Below are positions 1 to 8,118 of a stretch of 59,955 nucleotides of DNA, one piece after another; position 1 is the stretch's first letter, and every line of letters starts with the position of its first letter. The notes under the pieces are model-generated. The model did not search any database. It saw only the letters and a list, made by a program, of their open reading frames with translations, and had not been told where the DNA came from. A program made the translations under genes and the position numbers. Source of the stretch: a virus (lineage: Duplodnaviria; Heunggongvirae; Uroviricota; Caudoviricetes); the IMG/VR virus record IMGVR_UViG_3300008255_000107; one strand, given 5' to 3'.

Positions 1-182
1 AGGCTTCGCCCAAAGCCACTCCGACTGGCAGTAAAACTGCCAGTATGTCGTTCGAAGCTCATTGCACGACCTTCCATTTCACAGTAAAGCAAACTATCTT
101 CTCATAGTGAAATGAAACGTCGTATCGCCTGGGCTTTCTCCTTGTGGCCCAAGTGCGCCGCGGCTAAACTGCAACGTTAGGC
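1..182 (+). mobile_element. attC-like site 1 (5' arm apparently outside the window)
   Basis: Ends GCGGCTAAACTGCAAC-GTTAGGC (R' 176-182), same layout as the other three sites; preceded by nested hairpins (ctggcagt/actgccag, catttcac/gtgaaatg). Confidence 0.65.
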
Positions 183-198
183 GAACAAAAGGAATATT

Positions 199-456
199 AT
201 GACACAGAAAGTTGGAAAATATGATGCTGAATTCAGAAAAGCAAAGCCTGAAACGATAGGTGAAAGCAATCATACTTTTGACCTGTCAAACTATGTGGAT
301 TTTCTAGAATCAAAAATTCCAGATAAAGAGTGGTTGAGGGTTGCCATTGATTTCATGGAAGAAGATCAAGAAATACATCCACACGATGTTAGAGTAGAAT
401 GCATTGAGCACCTAAAGCGTTGTCGCCTAACAACCGTTGGTGCTGACCAACTTTGA
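199..456 (+). CDS. Hypothetical protein, cassette 1
   Basis: 85 aa ORF with RBS aaggaa; starts 17 nt after R' of attC1 and stops inside attC2. Confidence 0.75.
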   Translation: MTQKVGKYDAEFRKAKPETIGESNHTFDLSNYVDFLESKIPDKEWLRVAIDFMEEDQEIHPHDVRVECIEHLKRCRLTTVGADQL

Positions 457-502
457 GAACTATAAATTGATGCAAAGTTGGCAGCACAACTTGGCGTTAG
501 AC
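425..502 (+). mobile_element. attC site 2
   Basis: GCCTAAC (425-431) ... GTTAGAC (496-502); arms GTTGGTGCTGACCAACTTTG / CAAAGTTGGCAGCACAAC pair with two unpaired bases on the left arm. Confidence 0.85.
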
Positions 503-522
503 ATACAAAAGGAACAAATACA

Positions 523-1329
523 ATGGAAACAAAAATCATATCAGCATTTCCGGGTACAGGCAAATCCTACTACCATAGAAATAACCCTGAAACTACTCTA
601 GATTCGGATAGCTCCTTGTTTAGCTGGGTGACTGTTGATGGTCAGAAGGTACGGAATCCAGAATTCCCCGCAAACTATATCAAGCACATAACTGAGAACA
701 TCGGTAACGCTGAATTCATTTTTGTCTCATCTCATGCCGAGGTGCGTAAGGCACTCCATGATGCAGGGTTGCAATTCTACCTTGTTTACCCACGACTTAT
801 TGATATGGATAAGTATGTACAGCGTTATAAGGATCGTGGAAGTCCTCAAGGTTTCATTGACCTCGTTGTTAAAAATTGGGATATGTGGATCAATGAATGT
901 CGTTCTGAAACCGACTGCATCAAAATCGAAATGTTCAGAGACTCTATCACCGAAGAAATCCCATTTATTAGCAATTACTTTCAATTAAGTGATAACACAT
1001 CAGAGTCAATTGATAACCCTCCACCAGCGAGTAACCCTAAGATGAAACGAATGTTTGGAATGATGCCAAGTAGTGAAGTTGAAATCGAAAAACGATTTCA
1101 TACAGGAAGCAACCTTTATGTGACCGTACAAGCAGGGCCAAACGGTTGGGGTATCCTGCATGCTGACCACTCAGCGGAAGGACAGGATGTAACGGGTACT
1201 ACGGAGGCAAATGTTGAACGAGCAGTTGCTTGCCTGAAAACTCATTTTATGGAACTCACCGAAGTCCCTAAAGATGAATTATGTGATGTTGAAATGGACG
1301 AATGTTGTGGTGAGTGCTGTGACGAATAA
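523..1329 (+). CDS. P-loop NTPase/kinase-like protein with extra C-terminal domain, cassette 2
   Basis: Walker A AFPGTGKS; start at ATG 523 after RBS aaaggaac (the track start at 478 lies inside attC2). Confidence 0.8.
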   Translation: METKIISAFPGTGKSYYHRNNPETTLDSDSSLFSWVTVDGQKVRNPEFPANYIKHITENIGNAEFIFVSSHAEVRKALHDAGLQFYLVYPRLIDMDKYVQRYKDRGSPQGFIDLVVKNWDMWINECRSETDCIKIEMFRDSITEEIPFISNYFQLSDNTSESIDNPPPASNPKMKRMFGMMPSSEVEIEKRFHTGSNLYVTVQAGPNGWGILHADHSAEGQDVTGTTEANVERAVACLKTHFMELTEVPKDELCDVEMDECCGECCDE

Positions 1330-1340
1330 ATAACATTGAT

Positions 1341-1433
1341 GTCTAACAAACGGTTTAGCTGACACCACCTGAATACACGCATCTCATATATGTGGGTTCT
1401 TAGGCGGTGGTGCAGCTAACCTAGACGTTAGAC
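1341..1433 (+). mobile_element. attC site 3
   Basis: GTCTAAC (1341-1347) ... GTTAGAC (1427-1433); arms GGTTTAGCTGACACCACC / GGTGGTGCAGCTAACC with two bulged bases. Confidence 0.88.
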
Positions 1434-1456
1434 GGACAAATATAAAGCGAGGAAGT

Positions 1457-1696
1457 ATGGATCAGGAAGTAAGAGTTATATACCCCAGAGGCGATAAAAC
1501 AAGACTATCCTTTGGTATCATGTTCGATTATGAAGCCAGTGAGTGGTCTATCGCTGGTAGGGAATCATTCCCCTACACAGAGGAAGGTCAGAAGCAAGCA
1601 TTGGAGTATGGTCGAGCATTAGCTTCATCACATAGACTTCCATTGGATTGCAGTAACCTTGACATAGAGTGTGAATCACAGGATTATTTGGATTAA
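1457..1696 (+). CDS. Hypothetical protein, cassette 3
   Basis: 79 aa, RBS gaggaag, fills the space between attC3 and attC4. Confidence 0.75.
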   Translation: MDQEVRVIYPRGDKTRLSFGIMFDYEASEWSIAGRESFPYTEEGQKQALEYGRALASSHRLPLDCSNLDIECESQDYLD

Positions 1697-1705
1697 CAAA
1701 AAGCC

Positions 1706-1760
1706 GTCTAACAAACGGTGTAACTGACACCTAGCGGTGCGGTTAACCTAGACGTTAGGC
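1706..1760 (+). mobile_element. attC site 4 (minimal, 55 nt)
   Basis: GTCTAAC (1706-1712) ... GTTAGGC (1754-1760); arms GGTGTAACTGACACC / GGTGCGGTTAACC, 4-nt loop; shares flanks with attC3. Confidence 0.85.
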
Positions 1761-1771
1761 TAATGCGAGTA

Positions 1772-1843
1772 GTGTCTTTGGTGAAAATGGTAGACACCCC
1801 AGTCCGAGGTGATTGGGTGGCGGTTCGATTCCGCTAAGGGGTG
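1772..1843 (+). pseudogene. Degenerate tRNA-like element (Leu-type D arm)
   Basis: D arm GTG-AAAATGGTAGA-CAC; T arm GGCGG-TTCGATT-CCGCT; 8-nt anticodon loop containing GAG; weak acceptor stem. Confidence 0.5.
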
Positions 1844-1878
1844 GGTCCCCGTGCGGGTCCTCGTGCGGGTCCTCGTGG
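1843..1878 (+). repeat. 12-bp tandem repeat x3
   Basis: gggtccccgtgc gggtcctcgtgc gggtcctcgtgg. Confidence 0.85.
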
Positions 1879-2264
1879 GGTGTGCTGAGGGAACCACCTA
1901 GGTCCAGCAGTGACCCATCCCCTGCGTCCAAATCGGTGTGGTCCAAGGAACAATTAGAAAACTTCTTCAGGCACGAAACCCCTCTGAGTGATGACGCCTG
2001 TAAAAAGTTGGCCTCTCAACTGGCAAAAGATAAACGCATAAACCTGCTTCTGAGCCAGGATCCTGGTGAGTACACCATCCGGCACGAGTGACCCACATGC
2101 CCGTTCTTATAGGTTTACCCGTAGTACCCCCCACCTACATGATGTTATTAAGACCAACCTGCGGGAGAATCTCGACACCTACGGGGCAAGGGTACTTTAA
2201 CGTATATGTTAAAAAATGTGCTGTGGGTTATATGGGAGTAAGATGACCATATTACAAACAAGGA

Positions 2265-2633
2265 GTGTGTATGAGTGATGCTGTTAAGTGCCCTAAGTGC
2301 CAGTTTGTTTACCAAGTGTCCTCCAGGGAGAATTGGGGTGTGTGTACAAATTGTGGGGTGAACAACGATAAGCTAAACCCTGGGCCAGGCGAAGTCCCGG
2401 AGTTGGTGAGTCATGACATGATTCCCCTCCTAAACCGCAAAACAAGATACGGCGAGGTCAAGGATCTCATGGACGCTATTCTGAAGGACTCTCTTCGAAT
2501 CTTGGACCCTAATGTGCGATTTGCGCTACAGAGACGGGCTAGGGCCCTGGAAGGTATACTGAGGGGTAAGGACAAGAACAACATACGCCTGTACAAGGAA
2601 GAAGCCGACTGGTACGCCAGTAGAGTTAATTAA
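2265..2633 (+). CDS. Hypothetical protein with N-terminal Zn ribbon
   Basis: CPKC...CTNC; RBS aaggag. Confidence 0.7.
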   Translation: MCMSDAVKCPKCQFVYQVSSRENWGVCTNCGVNNDKLNPGPGEVPELVSHDMIPLLNRKTRYGEVKDLMDAILKDSLRILDPNVRFALQRRARALEGILRGKDKNNIRLYKEEADWYASRVN

Positions 2634-3034
2634 TGGTAACCGGTATGGTGCGTACAGAGCGGGCTAACTACCCTCAAACGGATAGACGATGGGTACTTCA
2701 CCGGTATGTGGAGAATCACCTATGCTCCTTGAAATTCTCAAGCCGCACGACAATGGCCAACATGGGCCCGGAACTTGTGGAAGGTGTATTCCGACTGGCG
2801 GACAAGTACCGGGTGGTGTCGGGCGGTGCTGAACTATTTGGGGAACTTACGGGTATTGCTTCACTGGTCATTAAGCTGGCCATAAGGGCTCCGTCTTTGG
2901 CAGACGATGAGGAAGTAGGTATGGTGGAAAAAGCAGTATCCAAAATGATAACTGTTAGGAATACCGTGTCCTTTGAGACTATGGATGGGGAACCGTTCGG
3001 GTTCGGGGGTTTGAAAAATGGCACTGAATCCTAA
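2633..3034 (+). CDS. Hypothetical protein
   Basis: 133 aa, start overlaps previous stop. Confidence 0.65.
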   Translation: MVTGMVRTERANYPQTDRRWVLHRYVENHLCSLKFSSRTTMANMGPELVEGVFRLADKYRVVSGGAELFGELTGIASLVIKLAIRAPSLADDEEVGMVEKAVSKMITVRNTVSFETMDGEPFGFGGLKNGTES

Positions 3035-3158
3035 GGGTAAGAAGTATTTGGAGGATAGGCGGGGTAGCCTTTTGCTGTTACCCCTAGCTACGAAACCAAT
3101 CTCAGACGGTATTAAAGCAGACAGAAACATACTAAGGATTTTAAAAAGGATCGGGTGA
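3018..3158 (+). CDS. Small basic hypothetical protein (46 aa, not in track)
   Basis: MALNPKGKKYLEDRRG...; stop overlaps the radical SAM start. Confidence 0.4.
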   Translation: MALNPKGKKYLEDRRGSLLLLPLATKPISDGIKADRNILRILKRIG

Positions 3159-4051
3159 TGGTAGATACAGGGTTTTCTGAAATAACCGAAGAGCGGTTGA
3201 ACTACTCGGGGTCTGACCCCTGGTACTGTGAAATAGCCATCACTGGTAAGTGTAACTTCTCCTGCCGCTATTGTAACAGGTTCCACTCCGATCTGAATGT
3301 GGATCTGCTTGAATCCTTCTTAACCGGTAAAGTTCTAAGGCACATCCAAGTGACGGGGGGAGAGCCTACTCTACACCCAGACTTCAAACGCATCATGGCC
3401 CTGTGTAGAAAACATTGTGTGCGTCTGGGTCTATCCACCAATGGGTCCGATTCTGTGGACACCTACCTGTCGACAGGTACTGATATGTTCTCCATATCCC
3501 TGGACGACTATGACCACGACACGCTGCTGTACAGGGGATACCAAAATCCTGCCCACGTGGAGAGGGTAATCACGGAGCTTGCGTCCCAACGATATGTGAA
3601 CGTGGGGTTGGTAATTGACTCCCTTAACGTGGGCAGAATAGAAAGAATCATCGACCATATCTTATCCCTAGGGGTACAGGACATCAAGCTGTCATCCTCC
3701 ACAAAGGATGAGCTTCTGCCCAAGTTTACAGGGGACTATTCGAAGTACCCCATACTTTCCTACCGCACTGAAAGATTCAACCAGGGCAAACAGATGAGGG
3801 GAGGACCTCCCCCAAAGTGCAGTATCTCCGTTAACGATATAACCATCGTGGGGGACTCACACTACCCGTGCCTAGTCTACTTTCGAGAAAAAGGTAAGGC
3901 TATCGGTAAGCTGTCCGCAGCATCCATGGGTGAAAGGAAACTGTGGAGTGAGAGCCACGACTCCACCACAGACCCCATCTGCAGCAAGTACTGCATGGAT
4001 TTTAAATGTGAGTTCAACAATAGCCTAGCCAATAAACAAAACCCTAGCTAG
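3155..4051 (+). CDS. Radical SAM protein with Cys-rich C-terminus
   Basis: CNFSCRYC (CxxxCxxC), TGGEP, STNG; extra C-terminal cysteines. Confidence 0.9.
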   Translation: MMVDTGFSEITEERLNYSGSDPWYCEIAITGKCNFSCRYCNRFHSDLNVDLLESFLTGKVLRHIQVTGGEPTLHPDFKRIMALCRKHCVRLGLSTNGSDSVDTYLSTGTDMFSISLDDYDHDTLLYRGYQNPAHVERVITELASQRYVNVGLVIDSLNVGRIERIIDHILSLGVQDIKLSSSTKDELLPKFTGDYSKYPILSYRTERFNQGKQMRGGPPPKCSISVNDITIVGDSHYPCLVYFREKGKAIGKLSAASMGERKLWSESHDSTTDPICSKYCMDFKCEFNNSLANKQNPS

Positions 4052-4068
4052 GTATAAGGAGCCCCACC

Positions 4069-4566
4069 GTGCCCATCACCATTATGACCGCCAAGGTTAC
4101 CCAACAGATACCTGTTACTATTCAAACACCCTTTTACTTTAAGCATGTGATCGATGGCGATGGCCCCGAAGACCAGTGCTCCGTGTGCTTAGGTAGGTTC
4201 ACTTCCAACAGTGTCACTACTATCCAAAAAAACACACTAGGTGGATCCGCGGAGTACTGTGTAGAAAACACCCAGGTCGATAACTTTCAGAATTACAAAA
4301 ACTACCTGACCAATCCCAAATTTGCTTCCTCCGAGGAGGAGTTTGGAGCGGCGGTCCAAGAGATGACGGATTTCCTGGCATCCTACACGGGGTACCCCGT
4401 GGCGGTGGGGGATAAGGTGCAGCACAAAAGGTACAGGCGCTGGCAAGGTGAGGTCCTGTCCATCGATACTAACATGCCCCACCCCACTACGTGCAGGGTA
4501 AAATGGGACGAAGGTACGGACGAATCAGATACCCAGTGGACCGATAAGTTGATCAGGGTCAGTTAA
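4069..4566 (+). CDS. Hypothetical protein
   Basis: 165 aa, RBS aaggag. Confidence 0.65.
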   Translation: MPITIMTAKVTQQIPVTIQTPFYFKHVIDGDGPEDQCSVCLGRFTSNSVTTIQKNTLGGSAEYCVENTQVDNFQNYKNYLTNPKFASSEEEFGAAVQEMTDFLASYTGYPVAVGDKVQHKRYRRWQGEVLSIDTNMPHPTTCRVKWDEGTDESDTQWTDKLIRVS

Positions 4567-4617
4567 ATTTTGGACCCTACCTTTGTACAATATGTTTAAC
4601 CCAGATCAAGGTGCCGT

Positions 4618-5328
4618 ATGAATTTGAGTGACGCTATCCGAAAAATCGTGGAAGACAATAGCATTGATGTATGTTTCAATGTATCCAAAATGGGTGGCCA
4701 TCCAGCTATCCTCAGCCATCCTGAACTTATGGATCAGGCCTTTGCTAATCTGTTCCCCCACGTAAAGGGTACCACGGCTAAAGCAGTGTGCTCCACTTTG
4801 GTGGTAGATCCCTACCACCCTTTGATGTTTATGGACGCCACCCATTGGGATTACTGGATCATCTACAGGGATCTAAATGGTGTACTATCAATCGATGTAG
4901 CCAGGGAATGGGACGAGTGCAGGTTCCTGGTAAAGCACAAACACAAACCTAACGCGATTGGCGGATTGGAGACCATTGATATCATCCAGCGCAACAAAAG
5001 TGTGAAGTACAGTATCCAGGGGAGGGATTACCCTTTCCACTTGGTTAGAGAAAGGGATATAACAAGGCTGATGGATGACGGGGACACCATCGAAAACTAC
5101 GACGAGTCTGGGTACATCGTTCGGCAATTTGATACTGTGGTGAAGATAAGTGGGATAGGGAGCCACGATGACTTGTACAGCATCATCAGGAAGGCCCTGG
5201 CAGACCACGGCATCATTGTAAAAGAAAGACTTACCGGGATCATGTCCCACCCCGAAGTTAGATCGTCTCCCGAGGCTCACCCGCCCCTTGTGGTACTCCA
5301 CGTAGATGCGTCCCCCATGCCGGGGTAG
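4618..5328 (+). CDS. Hypothetical protein
   Basis: 236 aa, downstream of a TTAAAT-N17-TACAAT promoter-like motif. Confidence 0.7.
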   Translation: MNLSDAIRKIVEDNSIDVCFNVSKMGGHPAILSHPELMDQAFANLFPHVKGTTAKAVCSTLVVDPYHPLMFMDATHWDYWIIYRDLNGVLSIDVAREWDECRFLVKHKHKPNAIGGLETIDIIQRNKSVKYSIQGRDYPFHLVRERDITRLMDDGDTIENYDESGYIVRQFDTVVKISGIGSHDDLYSIIRKALADHGIIVKERLTGIMSHPEVRSSPEAHPPLVVLHVDASPMPG

Positions 5329-5336
5329 AGGTTAGT

Positions 5337-5585
5337 ATGAAACAGAAAAGACCAGCACCCATAACCAAGGAAGATAGCCAAAGGGCATTTCGTTTAGTGG
5401 GGGAGAGAATACTGTGTGCTAGAGATCCCGAGGGGCTTGGCTCCTACGCCACCCTGGTGGATGTGCTTACTGGGGAGGATGCCCCCTTCGCTGTTATTTT
5501 GGAAAACCCCTGTAACACCAACAGAATAATTTCACGCTGTTCTTGCATCGTGGAAGACACGACCTACACGGAGAATAAATCATGA
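5337..5585 (+). CDS. Hypothetical protein
   Basis: 82 aa in tight operon. Confidence 0.55.
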   Translation: MKQKRPAPITKEDSQRAFRLVGERILCARDPEGLGSYATLVDVLTGEDAPFAVILENPCNTNRIISRCSCIVEDTTYTENKS

Positions 5586-5905
5586 ACATTGTTTTTGCGA
5601 CTTACGTAATAGCCGCCACCATACTCCTAGGAATTTGTGTACTAAGGCACGGTTCCCTCCTGTCATACGCAAGGTCTATGACCACTCCACCCTCTAGAAG
5701 AGTGCGTACCCTTCGAAATATGCTAGTGATGTCGTTAAGCAGCGTCATTCTTAGCGGGCTTACGGTGGCGCTTACCGTTACAGGTGGGTTTCTAACTGAC
5801 AGTATCGCACCTTTCGCTGGGATTACCGCGGGTTCGTCAGTGTTAGCTATTGTTCTGGTTTTTGTGGAGGAAACACGAGAGGTGTACTGCGACGACCTAC
5901 CCTAA
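5582..5905 (+). CDS. Membrane protein (about 3 TM)
   Basis: Three hydrophobic stretches; ATGA overlap with previous gene. Confidence 0.65.
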   Translation: MNIVFATYVIAATILLGICVLRHGSLLSYARSMTTPPSRRVRTLRNMLVMSLSSVILSGLTVALTVTGGFLTDSIAPFAGITAGSSVLAIVLVFVEETREVYCDDLP

Positions 5906-5962
5906 TATTTTTGGTTTAAAAAAAATGGTAACCTCCTGTACTATGGGGTAAAGGAGTGCCCA

Positions 5963-6571
5963 ATGTCCGAACCAATTTTGAAAGCTGATGGATTTGATAA
6001 CTGCGTCGTAGGTGTGGTAAGCGGGTGCGGGAGACAGCCTGTCCTTGCATATGATTCCTCTAAGATCATAGCCCAGCTTATGAAACGAGACGGCATGGAC
6101 AGGGAAGAGGCTCAGGAGTTCTTCGACTTTAACATAGCAGGTGCCTACCTGGGTGAGGGGACACCTGTGTTTTTTGGACAAATACCGACCCAAGGAACAT
6201 GGTTCCCTGGACCAATGGATAGAGGAGCATTACTCATGAGTGCAGACCAAGGTGCAAGTAGCATGTATGCGTCGTCCTCTTACGCGAGTATCACTACTGG
6301 CCCAAGTTCAGAAGTGGTAGTAGAAAAATTCATAAAGTTCAGGGGCAAAGGTTTTATCAGGGCCACATTCGACTTTAGCGCGCTGGAACCTGAAGAACAT
6401 GTCCACGCCCTGAACATCATACTATCATCCACTATAACCGTGGTAGGTCCTTCCTACCCTGAGAAAACCCAAGCAGTAGAACCACTACGTAAGAAAACTT
6501 GGGGTGAAAAATTTTGGAGATCCCTAGGTTTGGTACCTGGGGAAAAAGTCACGGAGGTTTCCCATGGATGA
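5963..6571 (+). CDS. Phage-type hypothetical protein
   Basis: ADGFD..VVG...VLAYD...EEAQEFFDFNIAGAYLGEGTP pattern recalled from phage proteins. Confidence 0.75.
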   Translation: MSEPILKADGFDNCVVGVVSGCGRQPVLAYDSSKIIAQLMKRDGMDREEAQEFFDFNIAGAYLGEGTPVFFGQIPTQGTWFPGPMDRGALLMSADQGASSMYASSSYASITTGPSSEVVVEKFIKFRGKGFIRATFDFSALEPEEHVHALNIILSSTITVVGPSYPEKTQAVEPLRKKTWGEKFWRSLGLVPGEKVTEVSHG

Positions 6572-7145
6572 TCTTAAGGTCATAAACCTTATAGGTGCCC
6601 CGGGTGCCGGCAAGACGACGGCGTCACTGGACCTGGCTGCTCACTTAAAGAAGCGTGGGTATAACGTGGAGCTTGTGCCCGAGTATGCTAGGACATGTGT
6701 GTGGTGGGATAGACACCGCGAATTGGACGACCAGCTCTACATATCTGCCAAGCAGCACCACAGACTGTTCATGCTTAGAGGACAGGTGGACGTGTTGGTT
6801 ACCGACAGCCCCATCTTACTGGGAGCGGTTTACAAACCAGTGTGGATGAACGCTGGGGGGTGTGCCCAGGCAGGGGACCACTTCGAAGCACTTCTGCTGG
6901 CCCACGAGGAGCGGTACGATAACAAGTACTTCCTCATCAATAGGGTCCATCCGTTCGTTCCCCAGGGTCGCTTACAAAGCGAGAAAGAGTCTGACGACAT
7001 CAAAGAATTCTTGGCAGGACGTTTAAATCAGTGGGATCGCAAGTACACTGAGGTAGACGGGGACGAGGCTGCTTCTGTTAAAATTTTGGATTCCCTGATC
7101 TTGGAAGGATGGCTTCCAAGAAAAGAGTCTCCTGTTCACCTATGA
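6564..7145 (+). CDS. NadR/Ttd14-like AAA kinase (P-loop)
   Basis: GAPGAGKTT, PEYAR, VTDSP, GRLQSE motifs. Confidence 0.8.
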   Translation: MDDLKVINLIGAPGAGKTTASLDLAAHLKKRGYNVELVPEYARTCVWWDRHRELDDQLYISAKQHHRLFMLRGQVDVLVTDSPILLGAVYKPVWMNAGGCAQAGDHFEALLLAHEERYDNKYFLINRVHPFVPQGRLQSEKESDDIKEFLAGRLNQWDRKYTEVDGDEAASVKILDSLILEGWLPRKESPVHL

Positions 7146-7154
7146 GGTTTTGTT

Positions 7155-7637
7155 ATGGAATTACCCGGAGAAGAAGAATACAAAAAAAGTGTTGAGGATC
7201 TCATCAATTCGTTGGAGTCCGAGCAGCCCTATATAAACAAGATGGGGAATGAAGAGATTTCTGCAGTGTCATCTATGGTGGACACCTTTAATACCATGGT
7301 GACCATGAGGCTCATGGAAGACTACCTAGAGAGAACATGCATGACCGATGGGGAGCGTCGCTCGGTTATAGATGGCATGGTCATGGAGTGGCGGGCGTCT
7401 TGCGAAAAAGTCGTTGCTGTAAAGCTGGACAAACGCCTAGAAAGCATGAACCAGATAGGGGGCAGCATGCTGGACATGCTAAAGAAGTTGGCTAAGGACC
7501 TGGGTGTGGACGACAAGTATAATGAGCTTCTGAGTAATAAGCTAAAGGGATCCAATGTAAAGGAACAGGTGATGGCTAGCTTCAACAAATCAATGGACGC
7601 TGCTACCCAAGCCATAAGAGCCGTGTATAAGTTTTAA
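7155..7637 (+). CDS. Hypothetical protein
   Basis: 160 aa helical ORF. Confidence 0.65.
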   Translation: MELPGEEEYKKSVEDLINSLESEQPYINKMGNEEISAVSSMVDTFNTMVTMRLMEDYLERTCMTDGERRSVIDGMVMEWRASCEKVVAVKLDKRLESMNQIGGSMLDMLKKLAKDLGVDDKYNELLSNKLKGSNVKEQVMASFNKSMDAATQAIRAVYKF

Positions 7638-7664
7638 AAACTTTTTAAAGTTTTTTCGTGGTAC

Positions 7665-7696
7665 CACTTGTTTTTTATAAAAACAAGTGCTAACTT
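7665..7696 (+). promoter_or_regulatory. Promoter-like element overlapped by a palindrome
   Basis: TTGTTT-N17-TAACTT; CACTTGTTTTT-TAT-AAAAACAAGTG inverted repeat. Confidence 0.45.
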
Positions 7697-7728
7697 AAGA
7701 AGTAACAATTTCAGAGGTGAAAAATTCA

Positions 7729-7818
7729 ATGTTCAACAGAATTCATACAGCAACCATTACAGACGCGGCCAGAGCCGATCGTCGTGATGGAGGCATTGGT
7801 ATGAACCTGGGAACGTAA
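7729..7818 (+). CDS. Putative leader peptide (29 aa)
   Basis: MFNRIHTATITDAARADRRDGGIGMNLGT; RBS gaggtg; followed by terminator then tRNAs. Confidence 0.55.
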   Translation: MFNRIHTATITDAARADRRDGGIGMNLGT

Positions 7819-7841
7819 CACTTCTAAGCAAAAAGCTTGAG

Positions 7842-7873
7842 GCCCCCGTTCCAAAAGGAATGGGGGCTTTTTT
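7842..7873 (+). terminator. Intrinsic terminator/attenuator
   Basis: GCCCCCGTTCC-AAAA-GGAATGGGGGC-TTTTTT. Confidence 0.85.
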
Positions 7874-7877
7874 GTTT

Positions 7878-7950
7878 GGGACCGTAGCTCAGTTGGTAGA
7901 GCTCCTGCTTTGCAAGCAGGCTGTCAAGGGTTCGACCCCCTTCGGCTCCA
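7878..7950 (+). tRNA. tRNA-Ala(UGC)
   Basis: Cloverleaf, loop TTTGCAA, G3:U70. Confidence 0.92.
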
Positions 7951-8040
7951 TGATAAGGTTACCCCTCCGCGGGTGCCTGATGATTCTCAATACGGTTGAT
8001 ACGCAATAACATGCACGGTCTAGCCTGGACCGTGCGCCTT

Positions 8041-8113
8041 GCCGACATAGCTCAATTGGTAGAGCAGCTGATTTGTAATCAGCAGGTTCCGGGTTCGATG
8101 CCTGGTGCCGGCT
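8041..8113 (+). tRNA. tRNA-Thr(UGU)
   Basis: GCTGA-TTTGTAA-TCAGC. Confidence 0.93.
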
Positions 8114-8118
8114 TAATG

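Noticed and set aside
478-522. N-terminal extension of the 283-aa ORF
   Set aside because: It runs through attC2; ATG 523 has a proper RBS inside the cassette.
1-1760. CRISPR array interpretation of the repeated GTCTAAC...GTTAG units
   Set aside because: The units are imperfect palindromes of variable length separated by whole ORFs, not constant repeats with short spacers; no cas genes are present.
1813-2091. 92-aa ORF
   Set aside because: Its 5' part overlaps the tRNA relic and the tandem repeat; only the last ~50 codons might be real, with no supporting motif.
2090-2200. Possible structured RNA (CCCGTAG/CTACGGG pairing)
   Set aside because: Only one short helix is supported and I recognise no riboswitch motif; too weak to call.
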